Origin: Corallochytrium limacisporum Hawaii
Lineage: Eukaryota > Protista > Pluriformea
Direction of reading: 5' to 3'
Assembly: GCA_002811645.1 (NCBI GenBank)
Contig: PDIP01000078.1
Span: forward strand, 1 to 64,000
DNA length: 64,000 nt
Shown here piece after piece: positions 42,409 through 53,605 of this stretch. Each line of letters opens with the position of its first letter. The first letter of the stretch is position 1. The notes beneath the pieces were generated by a model. The model did not search any database, was not told the origin of the DNA, and saw only the letters and a list, made by a program, of their open reading frames with translations. Made by a program: the position numbers and the translations under genes.

Positions 42409-43791
42409 AATGCCATGCACATGTGTGTCCACCTGACGTGAAAGTATGGTAAATTGCTCACCACTGCCCCGTCGTCCTATATAGTAATTGAAGACTGGCC
42501 GGTATGCAAGTTTGCACTACAGACTATCACTGGATCGAACTAAAATTCCACATAAATAGCCCAAACCACCTTCGCCGAATTGCGTTCTTGTGCTCCGCTG
42601 TCCAAAGCCCCCCATTCATTTGTAGGACTCGCATCGCACAGCAGCCTCCCGTGTATAGATTTTGCGCGCCACAAATTGAGCGAGGGTGAGACCTCTTTTG
42701 CCAAACACCCAGCACCAAAATTCTCTTTGGTACGCAGAGTATATGAGGGTGAATCTACAGGGTATGGAATTGCGCTCTAGCCGTTTACCCACCGAAGAAA
42801 AAGCCAGAAGGACTGCCTGCTGTACGTCGGTTTGCTCCCACTCCGATCACATCTGCCACGGCCCCCCCTTCTTCCGGCCCACGAGCTGCCCCATCCCCCC
42901 CCCCTTTCCCGCTGCTACCCGACAAATTAATATACTTATGTTTTTAAAAATTCTCATCTCTTCCAACCCTTCCGCTTCAAAATCAGCTCCACGGTGCACT
43001 CCCCCCCTTTGGCCCTCAGTCTTTATAGACCGGCGACCCCTTCCCTACCCCAACTTTTCTTATAAGCTTCACAACCCCCCCCCGGGGGGGGGGGGGGGNN
43101 NNNNNNNNNNNNNNNNNNNNNNNNNNNNNNNNNNNNNNNNNNNNNNNNNNNNNNNNNNNNNNNNNNNNNNNNNNNNNNNNNNNNNNNNNNNNNNNNNNNN
43201 NNNNNNNNNNNNNNNNNNNNNNNNNNNNCCCCCCGGGGGGGGGGGGGTTGTTTACGGCCAAGAGTGCCATAGTCAATATATTGGAATTAGAACGTTGGAG
43301 AGTTTGCCTCTACCCATTGGTTTCAGGGGTGGCTTCCGGATCTGTCACCCCTCCCCCTTCCGCCAGTGTCAATTCACCGGGCCTGGAACTGCATAGTCAC
43401 CTCTACCGCTCAGTTGGCAAGTCGCGTGTGCCCGCCGGAGCCCAACGGAAGCCCCCTCTCCTTCTCAGGGTCGTGTGTAAGGAAACACGGTTGTCCACTG
43501 AGCAGGGTGTCGCGCTATCAAGTGTTGCCGCTGGTGGAGGGGACACTCGGCCTCTTCAAAATCTTCTCAACCCACGCACACTAGGGACCGCACCGTACAT
43601 TTCTCACCGCTGTTTCGGGTGGCCCTGTCTCTCTGCTGGGCTATGCTACCGATTGGACTCGAGAAGTTCGGCCGCGATTATTCCACAAAGGTATTAGCAG
43701 GAATATAGATCTTACTACAAGAAGATGTCGAGGTGAATAGTCTCTTAAAGACATAGAATTCTCTCAGAGGATCCTAGATACACAAACAACC

Positions 43792-43977
43792 ATGGACGGC
43801 TTGAGCAGGGGCATCTACAACACTTTCATGAAGCGGAACTCCGTCTTCTTCGTGTCCGTGTTCGCATCGGCTATTGTATTTGAGCAATTGTTCGACTACA
43901 CCATGGATTCTTACTATGAGCGTCTCAATAAGGGAAAGCTGTGGCGTGACATTAAGCCTCGTACCGAAGAAGAGTGA
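43792..43977 (+). CDS. UQCR10: Cytochrome bc1 complex subunit 9 (UQCR10/Qcr9)
   Basis: 61 aa; YNTFMKRNS...AIVFE...FD...NKGKLWRDIK; accATGg context. Confidence 0.92.
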   Translation: MDGLSRGIYNTFMKRNSVFFVSVFASAIVFEQLFDYTMDSYYERLNKGKLWRDIKPRTEEE

Positions 43978-44404
43978 ATTTTCAAAAAGTCCGTTTCGGG
44001 ATCCATATGACTGGGACTGTCAATCGATTTTCTTTTCGCGACTTCATGTCAATATTAGACTAACATGAAAACTCATTGGAATGGGAAATCATTGAGGTCC
44101 CCGAACTTATGTAAGTCACTTTTATAACATAGTCACGCATGTTGAAAACTACTTCTTTAACATCTAACTTTACCATTCGGTAGCAAGGCCAAACCTTACA
44201 TCACTTAATGAAATAAAATTCTTGCTCGCAAGAAAGTGTAAAACAAAGGCAAAACGGGCACGTCATATTGAAGTAATCCAAAGAGGGCCGCTGAGGAATG
44301 ATCCGACTCAGGATGAGCCTACACGACCTAAGGGACGGAATTCTCTTGAAAACCTCCGAACCAACATTGTTTGTCGTTCTCCGTATTCGCTTGTGTTGAA
44401 CTTG

Positions 44405-45709
44405 TTACCCTTCTGTCCTACACTTGACACAGTCACAAACAAAATGATACTCCTGCTCCAGGATGCTGCGCCTAATCTTGCCCGGCAATGTAACATCTAC
44501 GTAATTGATGTTCAGTTCCTCTCCTGCCGCGACGGGTCTGGCGGTCCTAATCTCCAGGAAACCTGCCGCTCCCAATTCCATATAGTGCACAAGATTAGGA
44601 GCACACGAATGGTTGAAGACGCTGGCCAGAGGGTACACTGCCCGTCCAATCCAGGGCACACCACGCTGGCCGGGCAGATTGCCCCCTTTCTCCTGTTTAG
44701 ACTGCTGTTGTTGTTTAACGAGGTTCTTTTTGCCGTTGGTGTTCTTGCCGAATCCCTTTCGCCGATGTGGCTGTTGCCACCGCGTCTCGGCTTCCTTCTT
44801 CTCCTTCTGCATCTGCTGTGACCAATCGTAGATGCCAAAATTATTACAGGCAACCTTGCTGACCAACACGCAGAATGCAGGCAGGGTTCGAAGGGAATCG
44901 GGTAGACTCTGGTCATTCGTCTCATCCTTCTTTTCTGCCAATGCCCGGTAAGCCCGTTGCATAGTGCTCCAGAGTTTGCGGTACTCATCCTGCTGTTCCT
45001 GAGTCGTGGGAGTGCTGCACAGGGCCTCGAAACCACGAAGAGCGTCAGACGCGGAGTAGAGTCCGTACCAGGGACGGAAATCCAATTCTTCACTGTCCGC
45101 TTGTGTCTGTTCCAGGTTCTCTGTGATAAGAAGGAAGTAAATCAGCAAGATACTGGCGATGCTCAATGTTTCCTTGTGCAATTTTGTGGACTTCAACTGT
45201 TGCAGACCAAGGCAGAGCCGCGGGTGGTGACGTGCTTCGAGTAACGTGTGGCAGGACAAGTCTTGGACAAGCATAGTGTGTTCCGGATGGCAAGCTGCCA
45301 GAGCACCGCAACAGCTCCATACCTTTAGTGGGTTCACAATTTCTTTCACTGGCGTCTGATCTTCTGATCCGTTTACAGTCTCCTCTTCCTTTAAGGCGTT
45401 TGGGACGGTGATCTTCGATGTGTTCCTGGACAAACAGAACGCACAGAATCGTTTTCGCTCTCCCGGATGCAAGGAGTACGCGATAGGGTAGTCTACGAGT
45501 ACCAGCTCATCCTTCGTAAAGTTGCGCAATGCAATCGCATGACGTCCCTTTTCCGGTGAGACTACAACTTTGAACGCTCCATCAATGCCATCTAACGGGG
45601 CTGCAGTCTCTTTCCAAGTGGCAGTAGTGCTCTTGAATAGATCACGAAGGCGCGGGAAACTCTGCCGGCCGGATGTTGCGGGACTCCGACCCCCGTCTAG
45701 GTCACCCAT
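44405..45709 (-). CDS. SMYD-type SET-domain lysine methyltransferase
   Basis: 434 aa; KGRHAIA, Cys-rich MYND-like insert (CAFC...CC), NNF, FNHSCAPN, GEELNINY, post-SET FVCDCVKC. Confidence 0.9.
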   Translation of the reverse strand: MGDLDGGRSPATSGRQSFPRLRDLFKSTTATWKETAAPLDGIDGAFKVVVSPEKGRHAIALRNFTKDELVLVDYPIAYSLHPGERKRFCAFCLSRNTSKITVPNALKEEETVNGSEDQTPVKEIVNPLKVWSCCGALAACHPEHTMLVQDLSCHTLLEARHHPRLCLGLQQLKSTKLHKETLSIASILLIYFLLITENLEQTQADSEELDFRPWYGLYSASDALRGFEALCSTPTTQEQQDEYRKLWSTMQRAYRALAEKKDETNDQSLPDSLRTLPAFCVLVSKVACNNFGIYDWSQQMQKEKKEAETRWQQPHRRKGFGKNTNGKKNLVKQQQQSKQEKGGNLPGQRGVPWIGRAVYPLASVFNHSCAPNLVHYMELGAAGFLEIRTARPVAAGEELNINYVDVTLPGKIRRSILEQEYHFVCDCVKCRTEG

Positions 45710-46520
45710 GGTCTAGCTTTTTCATAACTGTTTTATAGTCTGTATGCTTCTGAAGCATTGCCTTAACTACAAGATGTCTCAGGCATCGTATACAAGGTTG
45801 GTTCTTTCGTGTACCAGAGAGAGTCACTAACCAGCGGGCCGGCCCAGAGAGACCCACCTGGGTGAGACTCACAAGGCGTTATCTCCACATGAACACCAAC
45901 CACCCCCCCNNNNNNNNNNNNNNNNNNNNNNNNNNNNNNNNNNNNNNNNNNNNNNNNNNNNNNNNNNNNNNNNNNNNNNNNNNNNNNNNNNNNNNNNNNN
46001 NNNNNNNNNNNCCCCCCCCCCACCCCGGGCTTTAGGAGGGGGCCGGTGGAAACGGTCGGAGCGAGGGATGGGAGGCAGGCAGGCAGTTGGAGTCTTTATG
46101 AGGCCCCGACCTGGCCAGCGAATGGGATGCAGTAGGGACGGGGTGACCAGGAGAGTAGTGGAAAGGCGGGAGGGACTCGAGGGGCGACGCCGGTTGGGAG
46201 GGTTTGACGGTGGCGGGTGCTGTGTTCTGCCAACTGCCTTCCGAGGGCGATTTATTTCAAGCGTTCCTATTGTGCCGCCGTTTGGAAGTTTTATGCGCAT
46301 TCTCCTTCTTCTTGCCAAGAGAATGGTATTTTGAAGCGATCAAGCCGCCTCTACATTATGTTGCACTGTACCTTTATGCTTCGAACATGAACGATTTCTT
46401 ATCAGTGTAATTGAGGAAGCAAGAGGAGAGTACAGACACAATATACACTACCGCAGAATGTAGACTTATAGTTTTCCGCACTAGAACAAATTGGTACAAA
46501 GAAATCGGGAACGAGTAACC

Positions 46521-47879
46521 ATGAAGCCCACACGGGGACATTCTGGACACCAGCAAAATAGTTTTGCTGAGATTGCAGGTGAAGGAGTGGCGGATGGCGG
46601 ACGCAAAGTAAGGGAGGATGCCAACATTCGGCAACAAGAAGATGTTGTGGGTGACTTGCGTAAAGCACAGATGAGCCCTTTGGAAAGCGGAAGCTTTGGT
46701 CAAGGTGAGTCGAGTCGCCAAAGAGACACAGCACAGTCCATGCAGTCTATCCACGAAAGTGGTGGCCATCGCACGAGCAGTGGCCTTGTCAGTCGCTACG
46801 ACAATTCCACCCACAGACTGAACTCCTTTGGAGGACGGTACGAATCTACACCGTACGGACTAGAAGCAGCCGCCCAGTCTGGTGTTTCCCTACGGGATCA
46901 GTATGCCAGCTCTTCATCAAAAGCATTCCAAAGCGCCGACAGTGGTCTAAACCGTGGCGGCCGGAGTGATTCCGGTGGCTTCGCTGACATGCGCGGTATT
47001 TACGACGGGTCTGAGGGGGGCGATGACTCCCGGCATTTGGATGTAAGTGCATACGGTAGTCGAGATTTAGGTCCGGTTGACAGTGCTGGCAGTGCAAGAC
47101 CGTATATGGGCCACGGACGGTCTCTGACAGGTGACAGCAACGATCTCCTTCTGGAGCGTCACAATTCGAACACGTCCCTCTTTGGGCGCGATTACGGTGG
47201 GAGACGGAGGCAGAACAGTTCAACGGGCGCCGCAGATCACATTCGTCGCGAATCATTTGATCCTTTCGCGAGCAATTCACGGTTGTTCTCAGGACCCGGA
47301 GCTGGGTCGACTCATCAACTGGTTTCACCCTCAATTTCCCACGATCGCGCCAGTGGTGTGGCTGGAGTACGCAGTCGCGAAGATATGCGGGTTGCCTCCT
47401 ACCATGGCTCCACTGCCGCGAACCAGCACATGACGGGAGTGAGCTACATGGAGAATATCCACACGCGCCGTCTGGACACGGACTACATCGAGCAGGCCTA
47501 TCAGAACTTCCTGAGCGGCGGTATGAATGCCTTTCGCTATGACACTGAGAAGCTCTTCGATTCCATCCATCATATTCGCAAACTACAGGAACAGGTGGCC
47601 ACCAAGCACATCCAGTACGAGAATGACGTACTGGGTGCGGTGGCCAGTGCGAACGTGGAGACGGCGAAACAACAAACTGCGGTGGACAATGTGCTCTACA
47701 ATTATTTCCAGGACTCCTCCGAAGATTTTGATGGACTCCTGGACCGTCTAGGCAACCTGCAAACGGAGGTGAGGACCTTCAATGAGCTTGTGCTGGAAAA
47801 GTTCGGTGGACAGCATGATGTCAACCAGCAACAGAATCGCCAGACTGACGGAGACCAACGTAGTATCTTCATGAAGTAA
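46521..47879 (+). CDS. Protein with disordered N-terminus and C-terminal CCDC28 (DUF4061)-like domain
   Basis: ATG at 46521. NFLSGGMNAF...IHHIRKLQEQVATKH resembles CCDC28 DFHSGKLQAF...EHVREMQEKLARLH; terminal coiled coil. Confidence 0.6.
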   Translation: MKPTRGHSGHQQNSFAEIAGEGVADGGRKVREDANIRQQEDVVGDLRKAQMSPLESGSFGQGESSRQRDTAQSMQSIHESGGHRTSSGLVSRYDNSTHRLNSFGGRYESTPYGLEAAAQSGVSLRDQYASSSSKAFQSADSGLNRGGRSDSGGFADMRGIYDGSEGGDDSRHLDVSAYGSRDLGPVDSAGSARPYMGHGRSLTGDSNDLLLERHNSNTSLFGRDYGGRRRQNSSTGAADHIRRESFDPFASNSRLFSGPGAGSTHQLVSPSISHDRASGVAGVRSREDMRVASYHGSTAANQHMTGVSYMENIHTRRLDTDYIEQAYQNFLSGGMNAFRYDTEKLFDSIHHIRKLQEQVATKHIQYENDVLGAVASANVETAKQQTAVDNVLYNYFQDSSEDFDGLLDRLGNLQTEVRTFNELVLEKFGGQHDVNQQQNRQTDGDQRSIFMK

Positions 47880-47998
47880 ATTTGTAGTGTCAGACCTACG
47901 TTTTCCCTTCGTATCAACTCTATTGTTGTCTAGTTGGTGGTTGATGGTTTTGGTGACTAGAAACCACCTGACTTGTAATATGTTTTGCCATTCCTCCT

Positions 47999-50900
47999 TC
48001 AACCGCTCTTGGCCTTTTTCGCGCTCACCGAGGTCGCTCCGCCCTTGCGCTTTCGGGCATTTGAAGTCTTGGATCCGCTGGACGCCTTTGAATCTGTCTC
48101 GCCCTTCTTTGCAGTTGCTTTCTTGGCTCCACCTTTGTTTCCGTCAAGCTCTTTCTCGATCAAGCCGATAAGTACGGTGCATCGCCGTTGGAGTTCACTA
48201 GCAGTGCGACTTTTGAGGTACCAATCGAAGCGGAATTGAGCCGCCCGCCGAATCTCATAACGCAGCTCATCGAAAACACTATCTCCGCCGTAACCGAGCT
48301 GCTGGAGCATGCAAATCAAGAAGCGATCCTCATCCTCAGTATAGTTCTTGCCACGGTTGTTTGCGTAGTTGATACGCAGCTGCTGGAAGGGAAGTTTGTA
48401 CTGGTTGACTTTGCGATTGAGGATGCTCTGGATCTCTTTCGTGCGCTGGATTTTGGACTCTCCTTTCTCAATATTGCCAATAATCCGCTCGCAGTCATTA
48501 AGCTCTTGATACCGCTTCCAAAAGACTTTGTGGTACTCCTTAACCTCTTCAGGGTTCTTTCCTTCAACCGCTTTAGAGATGCTCTCAATGTCATTGCGAC
48601 CGTACCGTTCGCAAGCCTTGATATACTGATTAAAGTCTCGCTTCTGCCACTCGCTGAAGCCTTCTTCTAGCAGCTTATCCTTTTCGGCTTGCTCTTCTTC
48701 GGTTAAGGGCTCGGCATTGTCAATCTCTTCTTGCTCTCGCAGTCGATCCGCTTCAGTACGGCCTTCTTCTTCGTTGGCCTTGGCTGCCTTGTAGTTAATC
48801 TGCTTGCGGTACCATAGCACTTCCCGCTTCATCAGATCGTACAACTTTGCAGGATAGAACTCATAGTCTTCGACCTTCGGCTGCTTTGGCGGCCGTGGTG
48901 CCTTAGGCTCAGCCGGAGCGCGGGTCCTCAGTGCCTCGCGGAAGTACGAATCGATGGAGTAGTTGGCTTCACGCTTACGCTTCGGCGGCTCAATCCATCC
49001 GGCAACCGCGGACTGACCACCATCCTTCTTGAAGTCCTTGCCTTCGAATTCGTACATGTTGGGACCAGTCTCATCCGAGAAATCGAAAGTCATGTTCTTG
49101 AGCTGATCCTCCTGCATGTTGTCATATTGCTCAGCCAGTTCCTTAGTCTTAGCTTCGCCACGCTCCAGGATCTTGTCAATTTCTTCGTCAAGCTCCTCAT
49201 CATCCTGCACCCTCATAACACGGTCAGCACCGAATCGAATCATACTTAATACTTCATCCTTGCCTAGACTCTTTTGCTGCTCAGTCAACCGACCCGACTG
49301 GATGACAACGGCATCCAAGCGCAGCTTTCGATCAGCGCGGTCTACAATGCGCTCTTCCACGGTGCTTTCGGAAATCAAACGGAAAACGCGCACCTGTTTC
49401 TTCTGTCCGATACGGTGAGCGCGATCCTGGGCCTGTAAATCCACTTGTGGGTTCCAATCAGAATCGTAGAGAATTACCACATCGGCAGTAGCCAGGTTGA
49501 TACCCAATCCACCGGCACGGGTACTCAACATGAAAAGGAATTTCTCACTATTCGGTGCATTGTAGTCCTCAATCATTTGTTGACGAGCTTCATGCTCAGT
49601 CTGACCATCCAGTCGGCAGTATTTGTAACCTTTCCACCAGCAGTAGTCTTCAAGAATGTCAAGCATACGTGTCATCTGACTAAAGACCAGTACCCGGCTT
49701 CCCTGCTCCTTGAGCTTAACCAGTAATTTGTCCATGACCTTCAACTTACCCGCGTTGTCAACGAGGTGCTGGTCAGTGGTGAATGGAGGGCCGGGTTCGG
49801 CACCGTCGAATAAGTATGGATGGTTGCAACACTTGCGCAGCTGCATCAGAATGTTCAACAGGCGCTTCTTATCGCCCTTGCCAGTATTTACAATGTCGAT
49901 ATCCTTGGACAGGATTCTGGTGTACATCTCCCTCTGCATTTTGCTGAGACCGACGTAGACTTTGGTCTCCTTCTTGGGCAGTAGTTCCTTTGCAACATCG
50001 CTCTTCAAACGACGCAGCAAGAATGGTTTGAGGATCCTGTGCAGACGCTTGACTACATCTTCCTGATTCATGTCTGCCAGATTGAACCATTCATCAAAGG
50101 CCTCGGCATTGGCAAACACGTCTGGTAGAAGAAAATTGAGCAGAGCCCACAATTCGTGAAGATTATTTTGCAGAGGAGTGCCGGTAATCAGGAGACGATT
50201 CTTCGAAGTGAACTCACGCATGACTTCGCTGAGTTTGCTGCTCTCGTTCTTGATACGGTGAGCCTCATCGATGATAATGTATCGCCAAGCAATTTTTCGT
50301 AGGGCAGCCTTCTCACGGATAGCTATCTCGTAGCTGACGATGATACAATCCCAGTGTTCACTGCCGCGCAGCTTTTCCTGAATAAACACAGCACGCTCAT
50401 CCTTGTCACCATGGAAGACCAGTGCCTTGAGTTCTGGGACCCACATCTTGAATTCATTGTCCCAGTTCAGCAAAGTGGACTTGGGCACAACAATCAAATG
50501 TGGCCCATTTATACCGCGGTAATGTTTCAAGTAACCCAATAGCGAAATGGTCTGCAGGGTCTTGCCCAGGCCCATCTCGTCCGCAAGTATACCATTGATA
50601 CCATTCTCGTACAGAGATATCATCCAGTTCAAGCCACGCAGCTGGTACTCACGCATTTTGCCACCTTCAACGTAGGGAGGGCTCTGAGTAAAGCTCGTGG
50701 GCTGGTCACCGTGCTTGGTTTCTTCTTTCAGGAACAATTCATCTTCTTCCTGTTCCGTCAAACGGCCTCCGCCGTGGCGACTGTCTCCAACAATGCCACC
50801 TCCCCTCTTCTTCGGAGTAGTGAGAATCAGGCTTTCATCACCCTGCGCCAAGGCATCTTTGATCTTGTCGTTGGCAGCCCCTGCTCCAGAGTCAACAAAA

Positions 50901-51055
50901 TGAGCAAAAATTTCACTCTGTTTCAGCAGAAAATCGAAACGTTTCTTGCGATCTGCGACAACCTCTGCATTAAACGTCTGTGCCCGGACATTCTTTTCGT
51001 CCTGAACGACATCCTCGGCCTTGTACGCCGGGTCGGCGGAATTTGGATCAGCCAT
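47999..51055 (-). CDS. SMARCA5: ISWI chromatin-remodelling ATPase (SMARCA5/SMARCA1)
   Basis: ATG at 51055 (MADPNS). [46 protein letters not shown], then HAND-SANT-SLIDE ([25 protein letters not shown]). Confidence 0.97.
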   Translation of the reverse strand: MADPNSADPAYKAEDVVQDEKNVRAQTFNAEVVADRKKRFDFLLKQSEIFAHFVDSGAGAANDKIKDALAQGDESLILTTPKKRGGGIVGDSRHGGGRLTEQEEDELFLKEETKHGDQPTSFTQSPPYVEGGKMREYQLRGLNWMISLYENGINGILADEMGLGKTLQTISLLGYLKHYRGINGPHLIVVPKSTLLNWDNEFKMWVPELKALVFHGDKDERAVFIQEKLRGSEHWDCIIVSYEIAIREKAALRKIAWRYIIIDEAHRIKNESSKLSEVMREFTSKNRLLITGTPLQNNLHELWALLNFLLPDVFANAEAFDEWFNLADMNQEDVVKRLHRILKPFLLRRLKSDVAKELLPKKETKVYVGLSKMQREMYTRILSKDIDIVNTGKGDKKRLLNILMQLRKCCNHPYLFDGAEPGPPFTTDQHLVDNAGKLKVMDKLLVKLKEQGSRVLVFSQMTRMLDILEDYCWWKGYKYCRLDGQTEHEARQQMIEDYNAPNSEKFLFMLSTRAGGLGINLATADVVILYDSDWNPQVDLQAQDRAHRIGQKKQVRVFRLISESTVEERIVDRADRKLRLDAVVIQSGRLTEQQKSLGKDEVLSMIRFGADRVMRVQDDEELDEEIDKILERGEAKTKELAEQYDNMQEDQLKNMTFDFSDETGPNMYEFEGKDFKKDGGQSAVAGWIEPPKRKREANYSIDSYFREALRTRAPAEPKAPRPPKQPKVEDYEFYPAKLYDLMKREVLWYRKQINYKAAKANEEEGRTEADRLREQEEIDNAEPLTEEEQAEKDKLLEEGFSEWQKRDFNQYIKACERYGRNDIESISKAVEGKNPEEVKEYHKVFWKRYQELNDCERIIGNIEKGESKIQRTKEIQSILNRKVNQYKLPFQQLRINYANNRGKNYTEDEDRFLICMLQQLGYGGDSVFDELRYEIRRAAQFRFDWYLKSRTASELQRRCTVLIGLIEKELDGNKGGAKKATAKKGETDSKASSGSKTSNARKRKGGATSVSAKKAKSG

Positions 51056-52975
51056 GCTTGGAAGAGTTGAAATGAAAATTATATCACCTCTCACCAACCG
51101 TTTTCCCGTTCCAAATTGGACATGCTTGAAACCAATGTCGGTCCATGTGGCTGTTGTCTAATTCTTTCAGAAATACCATAGTTCGTGGATTCCATTTTCC
51201 TGGGACATTTCTTCTAAACGGTCCAAAAGGACATGCCAAGAAGTCCTGTCCGTTCCTCTGAAACCAATCAAAGCAAAACAGAACGAGGGAACGTGGAAAT
51301 GGTACCTACAATGATGGCTACCCAACAAAGAAGCTTATCCCATATTTTGTCGCTCCTGCACTGATTGGGTTGTGGTCAGGAGTCCGGCCCCATGTAAAGC
51401 CCGAGTAAACTGCGGTGGCTGGGACGTGGTCTCAGTATTGCAGAACGTCAATGGCCAAACCCCCCCTCCTCGGGGCGGCGGGGAGAGGTTTCGCTATGAC
51501 TATTGACACGGTAACAGAAAATTGAGGAAGCGGCTCGAATGGAGTGTGCTCCCGTCCTCTGCCAACGATTTTGACCATATCATCTGGAAGTGCGCGGATC
51601 CGTGAGTAAAGACCAGCAAGTTTACTTATTTTCCAGTGGTGTGAGATAGAAGCCAGAGGCTAGGGACCCCTCCCTCCCTTCCCCCCCGGGGGGCATTTTA
51701 CGCGCGAAACGGACAGCTCAATAGATTTGCCTGGCCAACTACTGGCTCAACGTATGTACCACGGTACAATTCGCACCACAACCGAAAAGCCTGGAAGGTC
51801 ACATGCATACTGAAAAGGCGCATTGAATCGAAATAAGGGCAATTCTGAGTACACGTGTGAAGAATTCTATGCCAGAACAACAAAATTGGGTTCAAACATT
51901 AAACACTGTACTACATGTACAGATTGAATCCGGGATCGAGTGGCTATCAACCCAGCAGCGATATGAGTTCAATCTGCCCAAAGGAATCCAATCGCAGATC
52001 TCATCTCATGGGCAGAGTAAGTATGTCAGGAAGATTGCACAAAGCAATTTAGGAATTAGTATAAGTATTTGACTGTGCATTGCTGGTCAGATATGAATGT
52101 CGCAAAAGCAAATGGTCACACGTCGTGGTCGAGGCTTGGATTTCTGGTATCATCAGCGCACACTAGCTTCAAAAACTGAACTCTATCAAGGTATTCCTGA
52201 AGACATTGGTCAATTGAATTGACATGTAAACCAATAGCTGAATTCAATTTTTTGGAGTGAAGTAAATTGAACGCTCTCATCTTCTCCTCCACATTCAATT
52301 CAGATCATGTTTTTGTATTTCAACTCTTGTATCTTGTGGTGGTACCATTAAGGTGCCGCGATGTTGCAAAGAAATACACATATACTCAAATTGATGAATT
52401 AGGTTTCTTTCATCTTCGATTGCATGTGACTATATAAAAGAAGTACTCTTGATCATGAGCATGGTGCAGCGCACCCTGTCGCTCAATTGTGTTCCTCAAA
52501 ATTACATGACCGCCCTGAAGTAAAGAAATGTGTATAATTGTAGTATACCGCTTCTTACATCCTATTTTCCTGATTGGATTTGGTCTTTGAGGTTTGTGCG
52601 GATTAGACAAGTCTTGCGCTAAAGCGGTCGACCCCATAGGTTCTTACCCCTTTCCTTCGTCCGGTTCTTCCCCCCTTGTGTGTTTTTTGTTCAGTTGGGG
52701 GTAGGCAGAATACTATAACTATGGGCACCCCACTGCACTGAAATCAATAAGATCCAGCCATACCCTAGTTTCCAGTCTGCGTATAGTACGACCCACAGGG
52801 GTCGTCCACCTCTCGTTTCTGAAACGAAGCACTGTCGAAATTCTTTACTTGTATTTCAGCGGTTAACTATCCACATGTTCTTCTATGAACTTCGTGATGC
52901 GGAATATAAGCAAGAACTAGGCAACACAACGACGAGATCCCATGGCACTAATTTGAGCGGAATGTAGTTTGCACA

Positions 52976-53464
52976 ATGGCGGCAAATGCACCTACCAGCA
53001 CTGCTCTTGAAACAAGCGGTGAAGATTTGCGGAAGGCCTTGGAAAATGCCACAGATGTGACAGAGTGTGTGACGCGCATCCACCATGAAAGTCTCATCCT
53101 CGCGGACCAGTTGCTGAAGATGTCTGAGGAACTTCAAAAGGCAATCGCAACGGCGTCTTCCGTTACGTTGCAGTCGTTGACCATTCTAAAGCTCAGTGTG
53201 GACTCCCTGGAGGAGGACATTGTTACTTCCATGCGCAAAATGGCAACTTTAGTGGCTGCTATTGAAGAGCTAGACAGTCCAATGTATGTGATTCAAGAAA
53301 CCCGGCGAAAAGTGACACAAGTTTCGAGTGTATTGACTGCATTGGAAAAAGCGTGGGATCAGCACCGCAAGACCCTTGATGCAGAGGCCAAACGGGCCAG
53401 CAAGGCCAAGAAAAGCAAAGATGGCAAGGATGACAGTCCAGGCAGTAGTTTGCCGACAAAATAA
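52976..53464 (+). CDS. BORCS6: BORC subunit 6 (lyspersin/DUF2365)-like coiled-coil protein
   Basis: 162 aa; SVDSLEEDIVTSMRKMATLVAAIEELD...V..V...L..LE matches the recalled BORCS6 pattern (VDSLGEAVDMSIKGMYTLLARCEELE). Confidence 0.68.
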   Translation: MAANAPTSTALETSGEDLRKALENATDVTECVTRIHHESLILADQLLKMSEELQKAIATASSVTLQSLTILKLSVDSLEEDIVTSMRKMATLVAAIEELDSPMYVIQETRRKVTQVSSVLTALEKAWDQHRKTLDAEAKRASKAKKSKDGKDDSPGSSLPTK

Positions 53465-53605
53465 TACGAAAACATGCAATCCAAAACTTAGGGAAACCAG
53501 TTCATATGGGTCTGCAGAGATGCTGCCATATTGGATACTTAAACTGTAATATACTCAAAATACATCACACATCTACATACACCGAGATCATAGTACAGGA
53601 AAGTC

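Noticed and set aside
42433-42461. 29-nt GTGAG...CAG mini-intron upstream of nurim (minus strand)
   Set aside because: Very short, not needed for the ORF, and could arise by chance.
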